Source: a virus | Taxonomy: Duplodnaviria > Caudoviricetes | Length of the DNA stretch: 58,728 nt | Virus record (IMG/VR): IMGVR_UViG_3300036760_000561 | Coordinates: 1 to 58,728 of that record | Reading direction: 5' to 3' (one strand) | In this document: positions 9,367 through 19,928 of the stretch, piece by piece | Layout of the letters: each line of letters starts with the position of its first letter | Numbering within the stretch: position 1 is the first letter of the stretch | Notes under the pieces: generated by a model | Seen by the model: only the letters and a program-made list of their open reading frames with translations | The model's database searches: none | What the model was told of the DNA's origin: nothing | Translations under genes and position numbers: made by a program

Positions 9367-12300
9367 CAGACGCTCCCCTTATCCACCAAAGTCTGGATCA
9401 GCGATTGTGGGCGATTGTCCAGATCAATCGTCGGGGCCACCGGGGTCTGCACCTCGTTGTCGTTCTCGATGCTTCGCGTCACCGCCACAATGCGTGGAGT
9501 GGCAGCAATCCCGCGTTCAGGGTCGCGCAGCAGCACCGTCCCGCCCAACGCGAACGGTGCGGCAGGATCATCTTCCAGCACCCCGACCCGATAGGCAATC
9601 GGTGGGGAGGAGGAATCATTGAGAATGTTCGCGCCATACTGCCACAGGTCGTTCGCGTAGCTCTGCTCGAAGGGCTCCGACACCGTTTCGGTGCCCAAAT
9701 ACGCGGAGATGCCCCACAACACAAAGGTCGGGGCCGACGCAGGGGTCAGGCTCACCCACAGAGGATGGTTACACTGAGCCTCGGTGATGGTCTGTGTAAG
9801 CGTAAGGTTCGCCACCGCCGCCGTCGTGCTGGAATTCGCCGGGAACGTGCCAGACCATAAGACGTCCGTGTTCGTGCGGTCCGTCAAGATGCGCATGGTG
9901 ATAGTGCCGGGGTCCGCCACAGCCCCGACCACCGGATGGAAGTGTGACACCCATGCCGTGACGCGAAGAGTTGTGCGTGCTGGTAGCCACGGCACCACGA
10001 GCACGCGAGCCACCGTTGCGCCCTGCCCGACGCCATTCACCAGCGCCTCGGCAGCGACCCCCCATGTGGGGACGGCGAGATTGGGAATGACCAGCGTCAC
10101 CGCCGTGTTGTCTGCTGCACCAGCACTCAAAGGAAGAATCAGCGCCACGGTGACGTTGCCGCTCCCATCGGCCTGTACGTCGGCTTGCACATAGGTCGCC
10201 GTCCACGGCGTCGTGATGCGCGTCCAGAGCGGCACCCAGCGGTTGGCCGCGAACCCCTTCAACGCCACCGTGTACGCCCCACCGGTCGCGGCCCCATTGC
10301 ACTTGATATTCGACTCGGCGGCGGCAACGAGCGGGTGGCTGGCTCGCGCCACAACATGACTGCTCAGAAAATGACCGCGATCTCCGTAGGCACGACCGGG
10401 CCGATGCCAATGGGGGTGCTTGACCCATGTGTCGGTCGTGAGCGTGTCGCGATGCAGGGGGTCATAGAACAACTGGTGCTCCCCGCGATACCCATAGCGG
10501 GACGCGTCGGCAAACCCAACGATGCGGCCATAGGTGGCGATGGCCGAGGCGTTTGGCATTTCAGCAGGGAGGTTCCGTGAGGAGTCGCGGCGCATTTCCA
10601 ACTGCACCCCGCTCGACGGGTTCGCCGCCACAACGTACCCCGTATCCTTGAACAAGCCGGTGTCGTCTGGCGTGATCGTACTGACTCCGCTCCCATCGTC
10701 CGCAACCGAAGCCGTGAGTTGCGCTAGGAATGGGGCGGAGGTCATCGGACGACACCCCACGAAGGCCCCACCGGGGTAGTGCTGCCACACCAGCTTACGG
10801 GCGGTATCGTACCACAGGAAAAATCCCCCGTAGTAATTGTCACTGTTTGTCGTGCCCATCGGATGGTTCGCGATGCCCTGCACCATCCCGGTGGCGAGCG
10901 TCTTGGTGTGGTTGGTGAGGTCAATCTGATACCATTGCTGCGTGGAAGCGAGGTTGGCCGTTCGCATATAGAGGTAGCGGTTGCCCACCGCATCGTAGGC
11001 CCCCATGCTCTGGACGCTCTGCAGCGCCAACGTATGCCAGTCGGCCACGGCGGTCGTGTCGGCCAACGTGTTCGGGACCGTATCGCTTGAGGCGTTATAC
11101 CACTCAATGCGATTCGTGCTGGTAACCCCAATGACGGCGACGGTGGCAACGGGGTCGTACCACATCCATTCTGGCGCGGCAGCGGTCAGGCCCGTCGGAT
11201 TGGCAAAGGTTTGCACACTCGGGTTGTAGACCTTCCACGCGGAGACGCCGCCACCGACCCACATCAGCACTCGATTCCCGCTGGTGCAGTACAGGGGCAT
11301 CGCGTTGATGTAGTTTTGCGCGGGAGCGCTCCCGGCGAAGTGCGGGCCATAATTGGTGAACACAGGCGGACTCGCGGCGGTGATGTGGACCGTGTACATA
11401 TTACCGGTGCCGCCATTGTTGCAGTAGCAGACCAGCCACGCAGCAGGTGTGACCATCCATGTGGCAACACCACCCCCACAGGAATCTTGCGCTGAGGACA
11501 CCCCAGCGGGGTGGTCAACCAATTCTCCGGCGTTTTTGGTGTACCCGAGTGTGGCCTCCGTCGAGAACGTCCCCGCATTGCAGTCGAAGGTGATGGCGCG
11601 AGCGGTGACGTGCGTAGGCGGAGAATCGTCGGCATAGATCAACAACGTGCCCGCTGTGCCAGAAGGCGAGAACCCGATGGTGCGCCATTGGGGAGCCGGA
11701 AAGGTGACGCCCGACTTGATGTATTTGGCATCATACTGCATCGTGGTCGGATCAATGCGCCACACGACCAACCAGTTCGATCCTGCCCCGCTATCAGCTT
11801 CCACCGTGAACAGATAGAATTTGGCGTTCACCGTGTTGTAGACGACGGACGACAACTGGCGACCGGGGTTGCTCGTACCCCCCACAATACCCTTCCAGAT
11901 CGCACTAGTGTTTTCGCCTGCGAACCCATCCACGGACGCGGTCGCAGTCATCCACGGTGAGTTCCCCTGCGGAACGACAGGCGGCGGCAAGATTTCTGCG
12001 TAGCTGGTGCTCAACTGTCCATCCACCTGCAAGGCCTTGGCCGAGGTGTTCTTGGCGTCCTTGATCTTGACTGTCGCGCCAGACGGGGTGGTATGCACGG
12101 CGAACGCGGTCTGCTCAATCCCACTCGCCCGCGTATCACCGGCTGGCGTTACGCCGGTCGGCACGATGACGGTGTATTGTCTGTCGCCGTCCTGCGAGCG
12201 CGTGCGGGCGGTGACGTTGCGCCCAACAAAGGCCACCGGGTTGATGCCGTTGGTTTTGTCAATCACCACCACATCAATGAGATAGTTGGTGGTGCCGTTC

Positions 12301-12833
12301 CGTCGAAGCTGAAGCTCATACACGGAGTTTGCCACCACCGACCGCAGCAGCCCCAACGGCGTCTGTCGCGTGTAGCTGGCCGTCACAAGGCCGGTCGGGA
12401 TCACGATGCCACGCGCCACCCACGAGATACCATTGGTGACGAGGGACGGCAGAATGTAGTTGTCAATCCATTGCGTGATGGTCAGCGAGGTCGTGGCGAG
12501 CGCGAAGGTCTGCAACCCCGCCAGCGTCTGCGAGAGAGGGGCGCGTCCGAGGTCATGTAGAATCGGGGTCGCCGTCACGGTCGTTGTGGGCGTATTCAGG
12601 TCGTCGTCCACCCGCAGAATGCGGTATTCCGTGGTGATGCCGGTATCCACCACGCTCAGAACGGCGCGAACCGTACAGTCCGCGATGGTATCCGATTGGT
12701 TGGGCAAGACCAGCGTACAGCCCTCATCCCCCGCGAGGCTCTCTCCATAGGTCAGGCTCTGCCAGTCCACGATACGGCGGACCACGGTCCCGCCCGCACA
12801 GGCGACATTCGAGAGGACGCTGACGGACGCCAT
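9366..12833 (-). CDS. Tail tip/hub protein with large central insert
   Basis: 1155 aa after tape measure; hub-like N- and C-termini around a beta-rich region. Confidence 0.7.
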   Translation of the reverse strand: MASVSVLSNVACAGGTVVRRIVDWQSLTYGESLAGDEGCTLVLPNQSDTIADCTVRAVLSVVDTGITTEYRILRVDDDLNTPTTTVTATPILHDLGRAPLSQTLAGLQTFALATTSLTITQWIDNYILPSLVTNGISWVARGIVIPTGLVTASYTRQTPLGLLRSVVANSVYELQLRRNGTTNYLIDVVVIDKTNGINPVAFVGRNVTARTRSQDGDRQYTVIVPTGVTPAGDTRASGIEQTAFAVHTTPSGATVKIKDAKNTSAKALQVDGQLSTSYAEILPPPVVPQGNSPWMTATASVDGFAGENTSAIWKGIVGGTSNPGRQLSSVVYNTVNAKFYLFTVEADSGAGSNWLVVWRIDPTTMQYDAKYIKSGVTFPAPQWRTIGFSPSGTAGTLLIYADDSPPTHVTARAITFDCNAGTFSTEATLGYTKNAGELVDHPAGVSSAQDSCGGGVATWMVTPAAWLVCYCNNGGTGNMYTVHITAASPPVFTNYGPHFAGSAPAQNYINAMPLYCTSGNRVLMWVGGGVSAWKVYNPSVQTFANPTGLTAAAPEWMWYDPVATVAVIGVTSTNRIEWYNASSDTVPNTLADTTAVADWHTLALQSVQSMGAYDAVGNRYLYMRTANLASTQQWYQIDLTNHTKTLATGMVQGIANHPMGTTNSDNYYGGFFLWYDTARKLVWQHYPGGAFVGCRPMTSAPFLAQLTASVADDGSGVSTITPDDTGLFKDTGYVVAANPSSGVQLEMRRDSSRNLPAEMPNASAIATYGRIVGFADASRYGYRGEHQLFYDPLHRDTLTTDTWVKHPHWHRPGRAYGDRGHFLSSHVVARASHPLVAAAESNIKCNGAATGGAYTVALKGFAANRWVPLWTRITTPWTATYVQADVQADGSGNVTVALILPLSAGAADNTAVTLVIPNLAVPTWGVAAEALVNGVGQGATVARVLVVPWLPARTTLRVTAWVSHFHPVVGAVADPGTITMRILTDRTNTDVLWSGTFPANSSTTAAVANLTLTQTITEAQCNHPLWVSLTPASAPTFVLWGISAYLGTETVSEPFEQSYANDLWQYGANILNDSSSPPIAYRVGVLEDDPAAPFALGGTVLLRDPERGIAATPRIVAVTRSIENDNEVQTPVAPTIDLDNRPQSLIQTLVDKGSV

Positions 12834-15800
12834 TAGATCACCCGGACGGTGCCGCTCGCGCCGCCCTTGACGTTACTGCGCTTCGACATGGACGAGTCAA
12901 TCGCGGTCAGCACCGCTTGGCCGAGTTCGGTGGGGTTGTTCAGCACGTCGCCACTGACATTCACCACAATGGTGACACCTCCCGCGCTCCCCCCACCACC
13001 GTAGTTGAGGCCGCCCACATTGAGTGCGGGTACCATATCGCCGGAGCGAAGGCTACTGGTGTTGTAGCTGATTTCGCGAAGGTAGATGTTCATGCTGGCG
13101 AGGTAGCCCGCCGCTTCGGTCGTGGCAAACGCCCGTCGCTCGACCGAGGTGATGTTCTGATCCGAGGCGGCAGCGCTGTTCGCCGCCGCCGCCAGCGCGA
13201 TGTCGCTCTGACGTTTGATGGCTTCGTCATGCTGCAGAGCGTCGAGATCAGTGAGATACGCCAGCGAGCGCCCTGCGGCCACCGCGTCGGCGCGTTCGCG
13301 GCGTTGCGCAATGTTGAACGCCAGATCGTCGGCGGCAGCCTCTTGCCCGAGCGCCCGCAAGTGGCGCACATCCATGTCCTGCCGTGCAGCAGCTTCCTCT
13401 CTCGCCGCCTGCGCCTTATCATCGAGCGCCTTCTGTGCAATCTTCGCCGCATCGGCCACGCGCAGCGCAGCCACCGCCATGTCCTCCATTCCCACGGTCA
13501 GATCGAACATGGCGAGCGTGGCCTCGGAGGCGTGTTCCGCGACCATGCGCTCGCGCTCGCGCTGCTGTTCGAGGTGGCGCACCTTGTCCTCGAATGCCTG
13601 CCGTTCAGCAAGCGTGGAGAATTCGGTGATCTTGGTCGCGTCCTGCCGAAGCTGAAGGTCTGCCTGCGTGGCGACGTTGTACGACGCGATAGCCGCCGCC
13701 GTCGCAGCCTCCCGATCAATCACCTCTTGAGCCGCGTCCGCGATGTCTTTCAAGCCTGAAGCCACATCGGCAGCAATAACCTTGAACCACCGTTCGGCCA
13801 TCTCGGGTGTCATTTCCCCGGTGTCGCGACGGCGAGTAATGTCGTTGGACGCGCTCTCCCCGCGCAAGCGCACTTGCTCGGCGCTGTCCTTCGCCACGCG
13901 CACTTCGTTTTGCTTGAGGTCCATCTCCTCCGCCACCGCCTTGGCCGCGTCGTTGATTGCCTCGATGGCCTGTCGCTTCGCCAACGCTTCTTCCCGCAGG
14001 CCCGCCACGTATTGCTGTTGATCAAGCAATGCCTGATTCAGTGCCGGACCCATTTCCTTCACCATGTCGTCGTACTGACGTTGATTCGACAATTGCAACG
14101 CCATCGTGTCGGCGGCGGCATCACTCCCCTTGAGGCGCAGAGCTTCTACAGCAAAATCCTCCCCTGTCCGTTTTTCACGGAGCGCGATTTCCTTTTTGAT
14201 AGCTTCCACGTTTTCGTCGTAAGCTTTGCGTAACTTCAACAACTCAACCAGATAGTCTCTCGCCGCTCGACCAGACCCACCATACGAGATTTCCAGATTC
14301 TTCTGATTAATCGCCGCTTGAATTTGCTGCTGGCTCAATTTGGTTACATCGCCACCGCCAAGAATCTGTTTCCTAGATTTGGCATCCCCACCGACAGCTT
14401 CACTCGCGGCTTTTTGTAATTCTTGCGCTTGTTTTTGCAGTTGATTTATTCCGTCGCCCAACATACCACGCGGGTGCGCGATAGCGACGAAATCCGCCAA
14501 GGCGGTCTCCCATGACTTCTTCGCATCAGCCATTTTCTTGGCGGCTTCGCGGGCTTTGGCCCCGGCCCCCAAAAGGCCACCGACCATCCCCACAACACCA
14601 CCCACAATCGCTCCCACCGGGCCACCAGAGGCAAACCCCGCCGCTGCGCCAGTCAGTGCCCCAATCGCTGCGCCACCGGCTGCGTTCCCGCCAAACTGAG
14701 TCCCAAGTCCTGCCCCCATCAGGCCAGCACCTAATCCCGCTGCCGCATTGGCGAAACCAGCGCCCTTACCACTGAATCCATGACCAAACGACCAGCCTTT
14801 TCCACCGGGCATCGAGGGCATCGGAATACCGCCGCCAGTGCCAGTGCCGTCCCCCCCAAAATCCATCGCCCCCACTCCGGCGACCATAGACGACGCACCG
14901 GCTATTTGTCGTGCCCCACCTTTGATGCTCTCCGTCAACTGCAACAGGAGTTTGTCCAGCCCAAGCGCCTTAATGGTCATGGCCGCAGCGATCTGTGCCA
15001 TCATCGTCACAAACATCTTCTTGATCGCACTCGTAAACGATGCGAACCCGGTAATCCCGCTCGTAAAGATGGATTCAAAAGTTTTCCCAAAGGCGTCCTG
15101 CATCCCGCGTACAGCAGCAATAAACGGCTCGACCGCGAGGCGACGAGCTTCTTCGCCTTTCTTTTTTGCTTCCTCGGTCAAGTGATTGGCGTTGGCGGTC
15201 AATTGATTGCGTTCCGCAATGCGGGTAGCCGCCACTGACCCCAGCCCCTTTAATTCAACCTCTCGTACCGTATTGCCATAGACAACGCTTTCGTTGTACG
15301 CATCGAGGGCGGCCTGTCCACCGCGAGTCACGGCGTCGAGTTGTCCCCGTGCAACGAGAAGCGCATTGGAACTACTGAGGTCGAGGTCTTGGACCGCAAG
15401 GGTTTTTGTTGTAGCAACCCCGAGGTCGGCGGTTTCTTGTGCTTGGCGTGCAACGGCTTCAGCGTTCTTCGTGTTCCCGGCTGCCCGTTCAGCGTCAAGC
15501 GTATTCTGATAGACCAAACTGACGTTGTATGCTTCAAGCGCCAGCTTACCACCCGTCGTCGCCGCATTCAATTGGCCCTGTGCAACCACGTTCGCTTTTC
15601 GGACGCTCTCCGCCGCCTTGTAGTGGGTCGTCGCTAACGCAAGAGCCTCGTTGGCCTCGGATTCGCTCCGTCCTGCCTGCGTGGCGGCCTCCCCTTGGCG
15701 TAGCAGCCCTTCGGCTCGTTCTCGGGTTGCTCTCACCGTCGATTTCAAGGCTTCGTTAAAGGTCAGGGTGCGCTCAGTGCCCCCTACCAGTCCAGCAACG

Positions 15801-17095
15801 TGTGCTGACCACAGAGCCGCGCCCGCTGCCAGCGACTTGTGATGATCGTCTTGTTGCTTCGTGAGGTCCGTAACACCCTTGGTCGCTTGGAATACGACCG
15901 ACACATCGACAGCACGGATGGCGGTTAATCGCGCCTGTGATTCCGCAATCGACACATTCAAATCATTTTCCGCTTCGGCGGCTTTCCGTAAATTCGCTTG
16001 ATCCTGTAAGCCTTGTTCAGCGATTCCGTGCTTGCGAAGCCTGTCGGCAATATCAAGCGCCGACCCCGGCCCTGCTGCCGCGACCGCTGCGGCCAATTCT
16101 TTTTCCAACTCAGCTTCCCGAACCAAGTCTGCCGCCGTCGCGATATGCGCGGTACGCAGTGAAGCGTAGCTCCCGAGAAGTCCTTGGATGGTGGCGATAT
16201 GCTGTTTCTTAACGACAATCAACGCCAACCGAGCGTCCGCTTCCGCTTCAATGGCCTTCTGATTCATTTCGGCTTGATGTTCTTCGTCGCTTTGGCGATT
16301 TCCCGCCAACAACCCAACAATCGGGATAGCGCGGAGACCCGCTGTTATCGCGTGCCGACCCACGGTTGCCCAACTAGTTTTGTCATTGAAAGCCTCCTCC
16401 CTCGTCCTGTCCGCCGCATCTTGAGCAAGGGAAGCACGTTGTCCAGCACTCCCTTTTTGAAACCCCGCTTCTCCTTGAATGGCCTTACGGGCATCGTCTT
16501 GTGCTTTTTCTGCTTCCCTTGACGCTTTGGTGAGATACTGGTAGGCCGCAGCCATAGCGGCAATGATCGCTAAAATCGCCGTCATCTTCGCAGCGCCAGT
16601 AACCATGGACCCCATGGAATAGACGATATGATCAATGATCGGCGGCACCCCAGCGGCGTGCCCTGCCATCGAGGCCATCATGAGGCCCATACGCCCTACA
16701 TGGAACCCAGCGCCTTCAGCGCCTTCGCCTACACGTTTAAACGCACCAGTATTTTTTTGTGCTTCTTCTTCTACGGCTTTTTCAGCCGAGACAAGGCGCA
16801 TTGTACTGTCGGTCAATTCCTTGTTTGCAGCGGTGATTTGCGGGATGAGTTTCGCTCGCGCCTCAATCATTTTGTTGCGTTCAGCACGACCAGCATCCGT
16901 ATTTCTTTCCTCGACGGAAAGTTTGTTGTATGCAGTCGCAGCATTATGTCCGGCTTTTTCGAGTATCGTGTACCGCGTCCCCGCTTTTTCAACCGCCAGT
17001 GCGATGTTCTCAAAACTCCGTACCACCTCGGAAGCCCCTGTAGTGGCTCCCGAGCTATCAATGACGACCCCGACCTTCAGGATTTCATCAGCCAT
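12833..17095 (-). CDS. Tape measure protein
   Basis: 1420 aa Ala-rich helical protein with Gly-rich TM-like segments, after the chaperones. Confidence 0.9.
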   Translation of the reverse strand: MADEILKVGVVIDSSGATTGASEVVRSFENIALAVEKAGTRYTILEKAGHNAATAYNKLSVEERNTDAGRAERNKMIEARAKLIPQITAANKELTDSTMRLVSAEKAVEEEAQKNTGAFKRVGEGAEGAGFHVGRMGLMMASMAGHAAGVPPIIDHIVYSMGSMVTGAAKMTAILAIIAAMAAAYQYLTKASREAEKAQDDARKAIQGEAGFQKGSAGQRASLAQDAADRTREEAFNDKTSWATVGRHAITAGLRAIPIVGLLAGNRQSDEEHQAEMNQKAIEAEADARLALIVVKKQHIATIQGLLGSYASLRTAHIATAADLVREAELEKELAAAVAAAGPGSALDIADRLRKHGIAEQGLQDQANLRKAAEAENDLNVSIAESQARLTAIRAVDVSVVFQATKGVTDLTKQQDDHHKSLAAGAALWSAHVAGLVGGTERTLTFNEALKSTVRATRERAEGLLRQGEAATQAGRSESEANEALALATTHYKAAESVRKANVVAQGQLNAATTGGKLALEAYNVSLVYQNTLDAERAAGNTKNAEAVARQAQETADLGVATTKTLAVQDLDLSSSNALLVARGQLDAVTRGGQAALDAYNESVVYGNTVREVELKGLGSVAATRIAERNQLTANANHLTEEAKKKGEEARRLAVEPFIAAVRGMQDAFGKTFESIFTSGITGFASFTSAIKKMFVTMMAQIAAAMTIKALGLDKLLLQLTESIKGGARQIAGASSMVAGVGAMDFGGDGTGTGGGIPMPSMPGGKGWSFGHGFSGKGAGFANAAAGLGAGLMGAGLGTQFGGNAAGGAAIGALTGAAAGFASGGPVGAIVGGVVGMVGGLLGAGAKAREAAKKMADAKKSWETALADFVAIAHPRGMLGDGINQLQKQAQELQKAASEAVGGDAKSRKQILGGGDVTKLSQQQIQAAINQKNLEISYGGSGRAARDYLVELLKLRKAYDENVEAIKKEIALREKRTGEDFAVEALRLKGSDAAADTMALQLSNQRQYDDMVKEMGPALNQALLDQQQYVAGLREEALAKRQAIEAINDAAKAVAEEMDLKQNEVRVAKDSAEQVRLRGESASNDITRRRDTGEMTPEMAERWFKVIAADVASGLKDIADAAQEVIDREAATAAAIASYNVATQADLQLRQDATKITEFSTLAERQAFEDKVRHLEQQRERERMVAEHASEATLAMFDLTVGMEDMAVAALRVADAAKIAQKALDDKAQAAREEAAARQDMDVRHLRALGQEAAADDLAFNIAQRRERADAVAAGRSLAYLTDLDALQHDEAIKRQSDIALAAAANSAAASDQNITSVERRAFATTEAAGYLASMNIYLREISYNTSSLRSGDMVPALNVGGLNYGGGGSAGGVTIVVNVSGDVLNNPTELGQAVLTAIDSSMSKRSNVKGGASGTVRVI

Positions 17096-17444
17096 TGGTT
17101 TGTTTGCGCTTCTCCCCGGTGACGTTCAAATACTCTATTTCTTGGGCATACACCAACTCGACAAACTCGTCGAGGTCTACCTGAGAATCGGTATAGCCAT
17201 GCCACTCCGCGTACATGACGACCTCACTATAGGCCAGCGGTTGTGGCATCCCGCTGGCTCCGTCATACTGCCGTGCTCGGTGTAAACTCAACCACGCTTC
17301 TCGCAACGGGAGACAGATCGGCCAGACCTCAAACGCCGCCAGCGCCCTTTCAGGCGGATCGTGCCCTGCTAACAATGCACTCCGGATGATCGTTTCCGGA
17401 TTCTCTAGCGTGAGTTGTGCATTCAGGGCGTGTCGGAGTTTTTT
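17088..17444 (-). CDS. Tail assembly chaperone, -1 frameshift extension (gpGT-like)
   Basis: -1 frame from the slippery site is open (LRHALNAQLTLENPETIIRSALLAGHD...) into ORF 17088-17375. Confidence 0.75.
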   Translation of the reverse strand, partial: KKLRHALNAQLTLENPETIIRSALLAGHDPPERALAAFEVWPICLPLREAWLSLHRARQYDGASGMPQPLAYSEVVMYAEWHGYTDSQVDLDEFVELVYAQEIEYLNVTGEKRKQTNG

Positions 17445-17839
17445 GCCATCTCCTCCACACTCTGTTTCCGAAACGTCTCCGCCGCCCCACCAAGAAACAA
17501 CACGTTCGTCCGCACTTCTCGCAATTCGGTCATCATCGCCTCTGCCGCCGCTGCGGAAAACGGAATAATGACCCCTGCGTCATCTGTCACGCCACGCCAG
17601 TCAACGATCAACGCTGTTGCGAGAGCGATATTCACGGCATCTTCAATATGGGGCGGCACATCCATGCGCGAGTAGTGCGCTCGATACTTCTGCCACACCA
17701 AGCGGTGTCGGAGTTCCCGAATCCGCGCCGTGTTGTCCGAGATCACCTTGAATTCAACGCCTTCCTGCATCATGACCCACGCGCCGTCACGTTCCGCCTT
17801 GTCGTCCGTTGCAAACCGCTTGTGCAGATTCGTTGCCAT
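17423..17839 (-). CDS. Tail assembly chaperone (gpG-like)
   Basis: RBS GAGGA; FATDDKAERDGAWV, IVDWRGV; ends AKNSDTP. Confidence 0.8.
   Translation of the reverse strand: MATNLHKRFATDDKAERDGAWVMMQEGVEFKVISDNTARIRELRHRLVWQKYRAHYSRMDVPPHIEDAVNIALATALIVDWRGVTDDAGVIIPFSAAAAEAMMTELREVRTNVLFLGGAAETFRKQSVEEMAKNSDTP
17438..17444 (-). promoter_or_regulatory. -1 ribosomal slippery site A-AAA-AAC
   Basis: GCA AAA AAC just before the chaperone stop, at the canonical position. Confidence 0.8.
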
Positions 17840-17968
17840 ATCATCCTCGAAAGAAAGATGCCCCTTCAGTATCGTAACCCCCATCGCTTGCGCTCTGGCG
17901 ATACCTCCGGGGCATGGTTTCGCTCCGCTCCCCAGCACAGGGTCATTGTGCTGAAGTCCCAACAATTG

Positions 17969-19477
17969 TTAGATCGTCGCCGTCGCAACTCCGACCTGCT
18001 CGCACCGCTGCACCTGCACCTGATAATTCACCGACGCCGGATTGGTGTATCGCAGCGCGTTGTAGGTGCAATCCACCATGATGTCCTGATCCAGCCCACC
18101 CACCACGGCTTGCGCCGTTGCGAGTTTGACCTTCGGCAGATCGAACTGGTAGGTGTAGCCACTGGAATCCGTGATCGCCCAATCCAGCGAAGTCGCGGTA
18201 TTCGCAATCGCCTTCGCCAGAATCGTGGTGTCCCCGAAATAGAACTTGGCCGACCCGGTAATCACCTGACGACCCAAATTGATGCCGACGAACCCAATCT
18301 GACCGATTCCCGGCAACTGACGGACATTGTTGGCAATGTCCATGCTCAATTCCATCGCGTACACGGGGGTCGCCAGCGCCGTTCCGGCTTCCGCGATTCG
18401 TGCCACGTTGGACGAGGAATTCATCACGTCACGGGCTTCCACCGTGTTATCCGTTGAACCCACGAAGCGCGTGGTCGTGATGTTGGAGGACATGGCCTTG
18501 ATGCTGGCCGTCCCCTTGACGAGGGCCTGCGAAGTCATCACCAGATTGAAAGCATCCACCACGCCGCCAAGCATGTACTGATAGGCTGGCGCGGTCAGGT
18601 CCGGGTGCTGCTGCTCGAAAGAATGGCCGAGCGTGGTTGTGCCGTTCCGCAGCACGTCCCCGTAAAAGAGCCGGATTGTCTTGCCCGCTGCGGTGTCCGT
18701 TGCAAAGCCAGTCGGCACCACGTCACAGGTCAACGAGGTCGCCAAAATGGCGCTGATTCGATACCACCCATTGTTCGCGGCGGTCGCAAACGAAAACGCA
18801 TCGCCGCCCACCGTGGTGCCCGCTTTGACCCACTGACCCACCACCAGTCCGAAGGTCGTGAAGTCGGTCACGGTCGAAGTAATCTTGTTGCCTACCGTGG
18901 TGGTTTGGATATCCGCCGCCGCTTGGGCTTCCAACCCGATGACTTTGAGGCGTGCGGCAGCGGGGGGAGCCGCTTCAGCGGTCTTTGCGCTCGTGACGAG
19001 TGAGGTCGAAGAACTGGCAATCCCCGCCTTGACCAGCCCATTGTTTGCTGCATTGGTGAATCCGGTCGCCAGCACCAACTGATTGCGTGCCCACGCGGGC
19101 GAGACCGCCGTGGTGGTATACGCCGCTGCGGCGACATCGGTGATTACCGAGTCGGCGGTGCCGAAATTGTCCTTCTCCGAGGATTTCGACCACAAGGCGC
19201 ACAGCCCGCCTTCCAGCAGCAGGTCGAGACCGCCGTAGGCTCCCCGGAAATACGACCACTCGAAATCCAGCGATCCATCGGCATTCTTTCCAACAAGGGG
19301 AAGATCCCCTACCATGCGGTCACTGATGATTTCGGCTGAAATCACTGTGACCGGCTTCCCGGCGAGTTGCGCCCCGTTGAACCGCATGGGGAGCCACTTG
19401 GGTGTGGCCGGGGTGGTTCCAATGGTGGCTTCTCGCACCATGCCCAGCTTGACGAGGTTGGTTACGGCCTGTGGCAT
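17969..19477 (-). CDS. Major tail tube protein with internal extra domain
   Basis: EATIGTTPATP N-terminus; FDLPKVK C-terminal region; position. Confidence 0.8.
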   Translation of the reverse strand: MPQAVTNLVKLGMVREATIGTTPATPKWLPMRFNGAQLAGKPVTVISAEIISDRMVGDLPLVGKNADGSLDFEWSYFRGAYGGLDLLLEGGLCALWSKSSEKDNFGTADSVITDVAAAAYTTTAVSPAWARNQLVLATGFTNAANNGLVKAGIASSSTSLVTSAKTAEAAPPAAARLKVIGLEAQAAADIQTTTVGNKITSTVTDFTTFGLVVGQWVKAGTTVGGDAFSFATAANNGWYRISAILATSLTCDVVPTGFATDTAAGKTIRLFYGDVLRNGTTTLGHSFEQQHPDLTAPAYQYMLGGVVDAFNLVMTSQALVKGTASIKAMSSNITTTRFVGSTDNTVEARDVMNSSSNVARIAEAGTALATPVYAMELSMDIANNVRQLPGIGQIGFVGINLGRQVITGSAKFYFGDTTILAKAIANTATSLDWAITDSSGYTYQFDLPKVKLATAQAVVGGLDQDIMVDCTYNALRYTNPASVNYQVQVQRCEQVGVATATI

Positions 19478-19492
19478 TCCTTGTTCCTCCGG

Positions 19493-19921
19493 TTATGATT
19501 CAAGTTTTATCTGGATTTTGTGTTTATCCAGATAATCGACCATCGCTAAAAATACAGACCGATTCTCGTCAAAATACCCGAGGGTTCGATTACACATCCC
19601 ACACAACAAGCCACGAATCGCACCGGTTCGATGGTCGTGATCTACAGCCAATCGCCTAACCCTGCCGTTTAAGCTTCGAGTTGTCTCTGGCCTGCAACAA
19701 ACAGCGCAAATGCCCCCCTGTTCAAAGAATCTTCTGTCGTACTCTTTAACGGAAAGGCCGTATTCTCGCCGTAAATTGCCCTCTCGCATCAAGTCCGATT
19801 TCCGAAGCTTCTCTCTTGGAGACAACTTCGCATGTCGTTCTCGACCGCACTCTCGGTGTCTGTCCGCCACATCAGGCTTTTGATAGAACTTTCGTTGTCG
19901 CTCCGGATCTTTATACGGCAT
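19493..19921 (-). CDS. Endonuclease VII-family (HNH-type) endonuclease, probable homing endonuclease
   Basis: YGLSVKEY...QGGICAVC...LAVDHDHRTGAIRGLLCGMCN. Confidence 0.85.
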   Translation of the reverse strand: MPYKDPERQRKFYQKPDVADRHRECGRERHAKLSPREKLRKSDLMREGNLRREYGLSVKEYDRRFFEQGGICAVCCRPETTRSLNGRVRRLAVDHDHRTGAIRGLLCGMCNRTLGYFDENRSVFLAMVDYLDKHKIQIKLES

Positions 19922-19928
19922 CCGTCCC

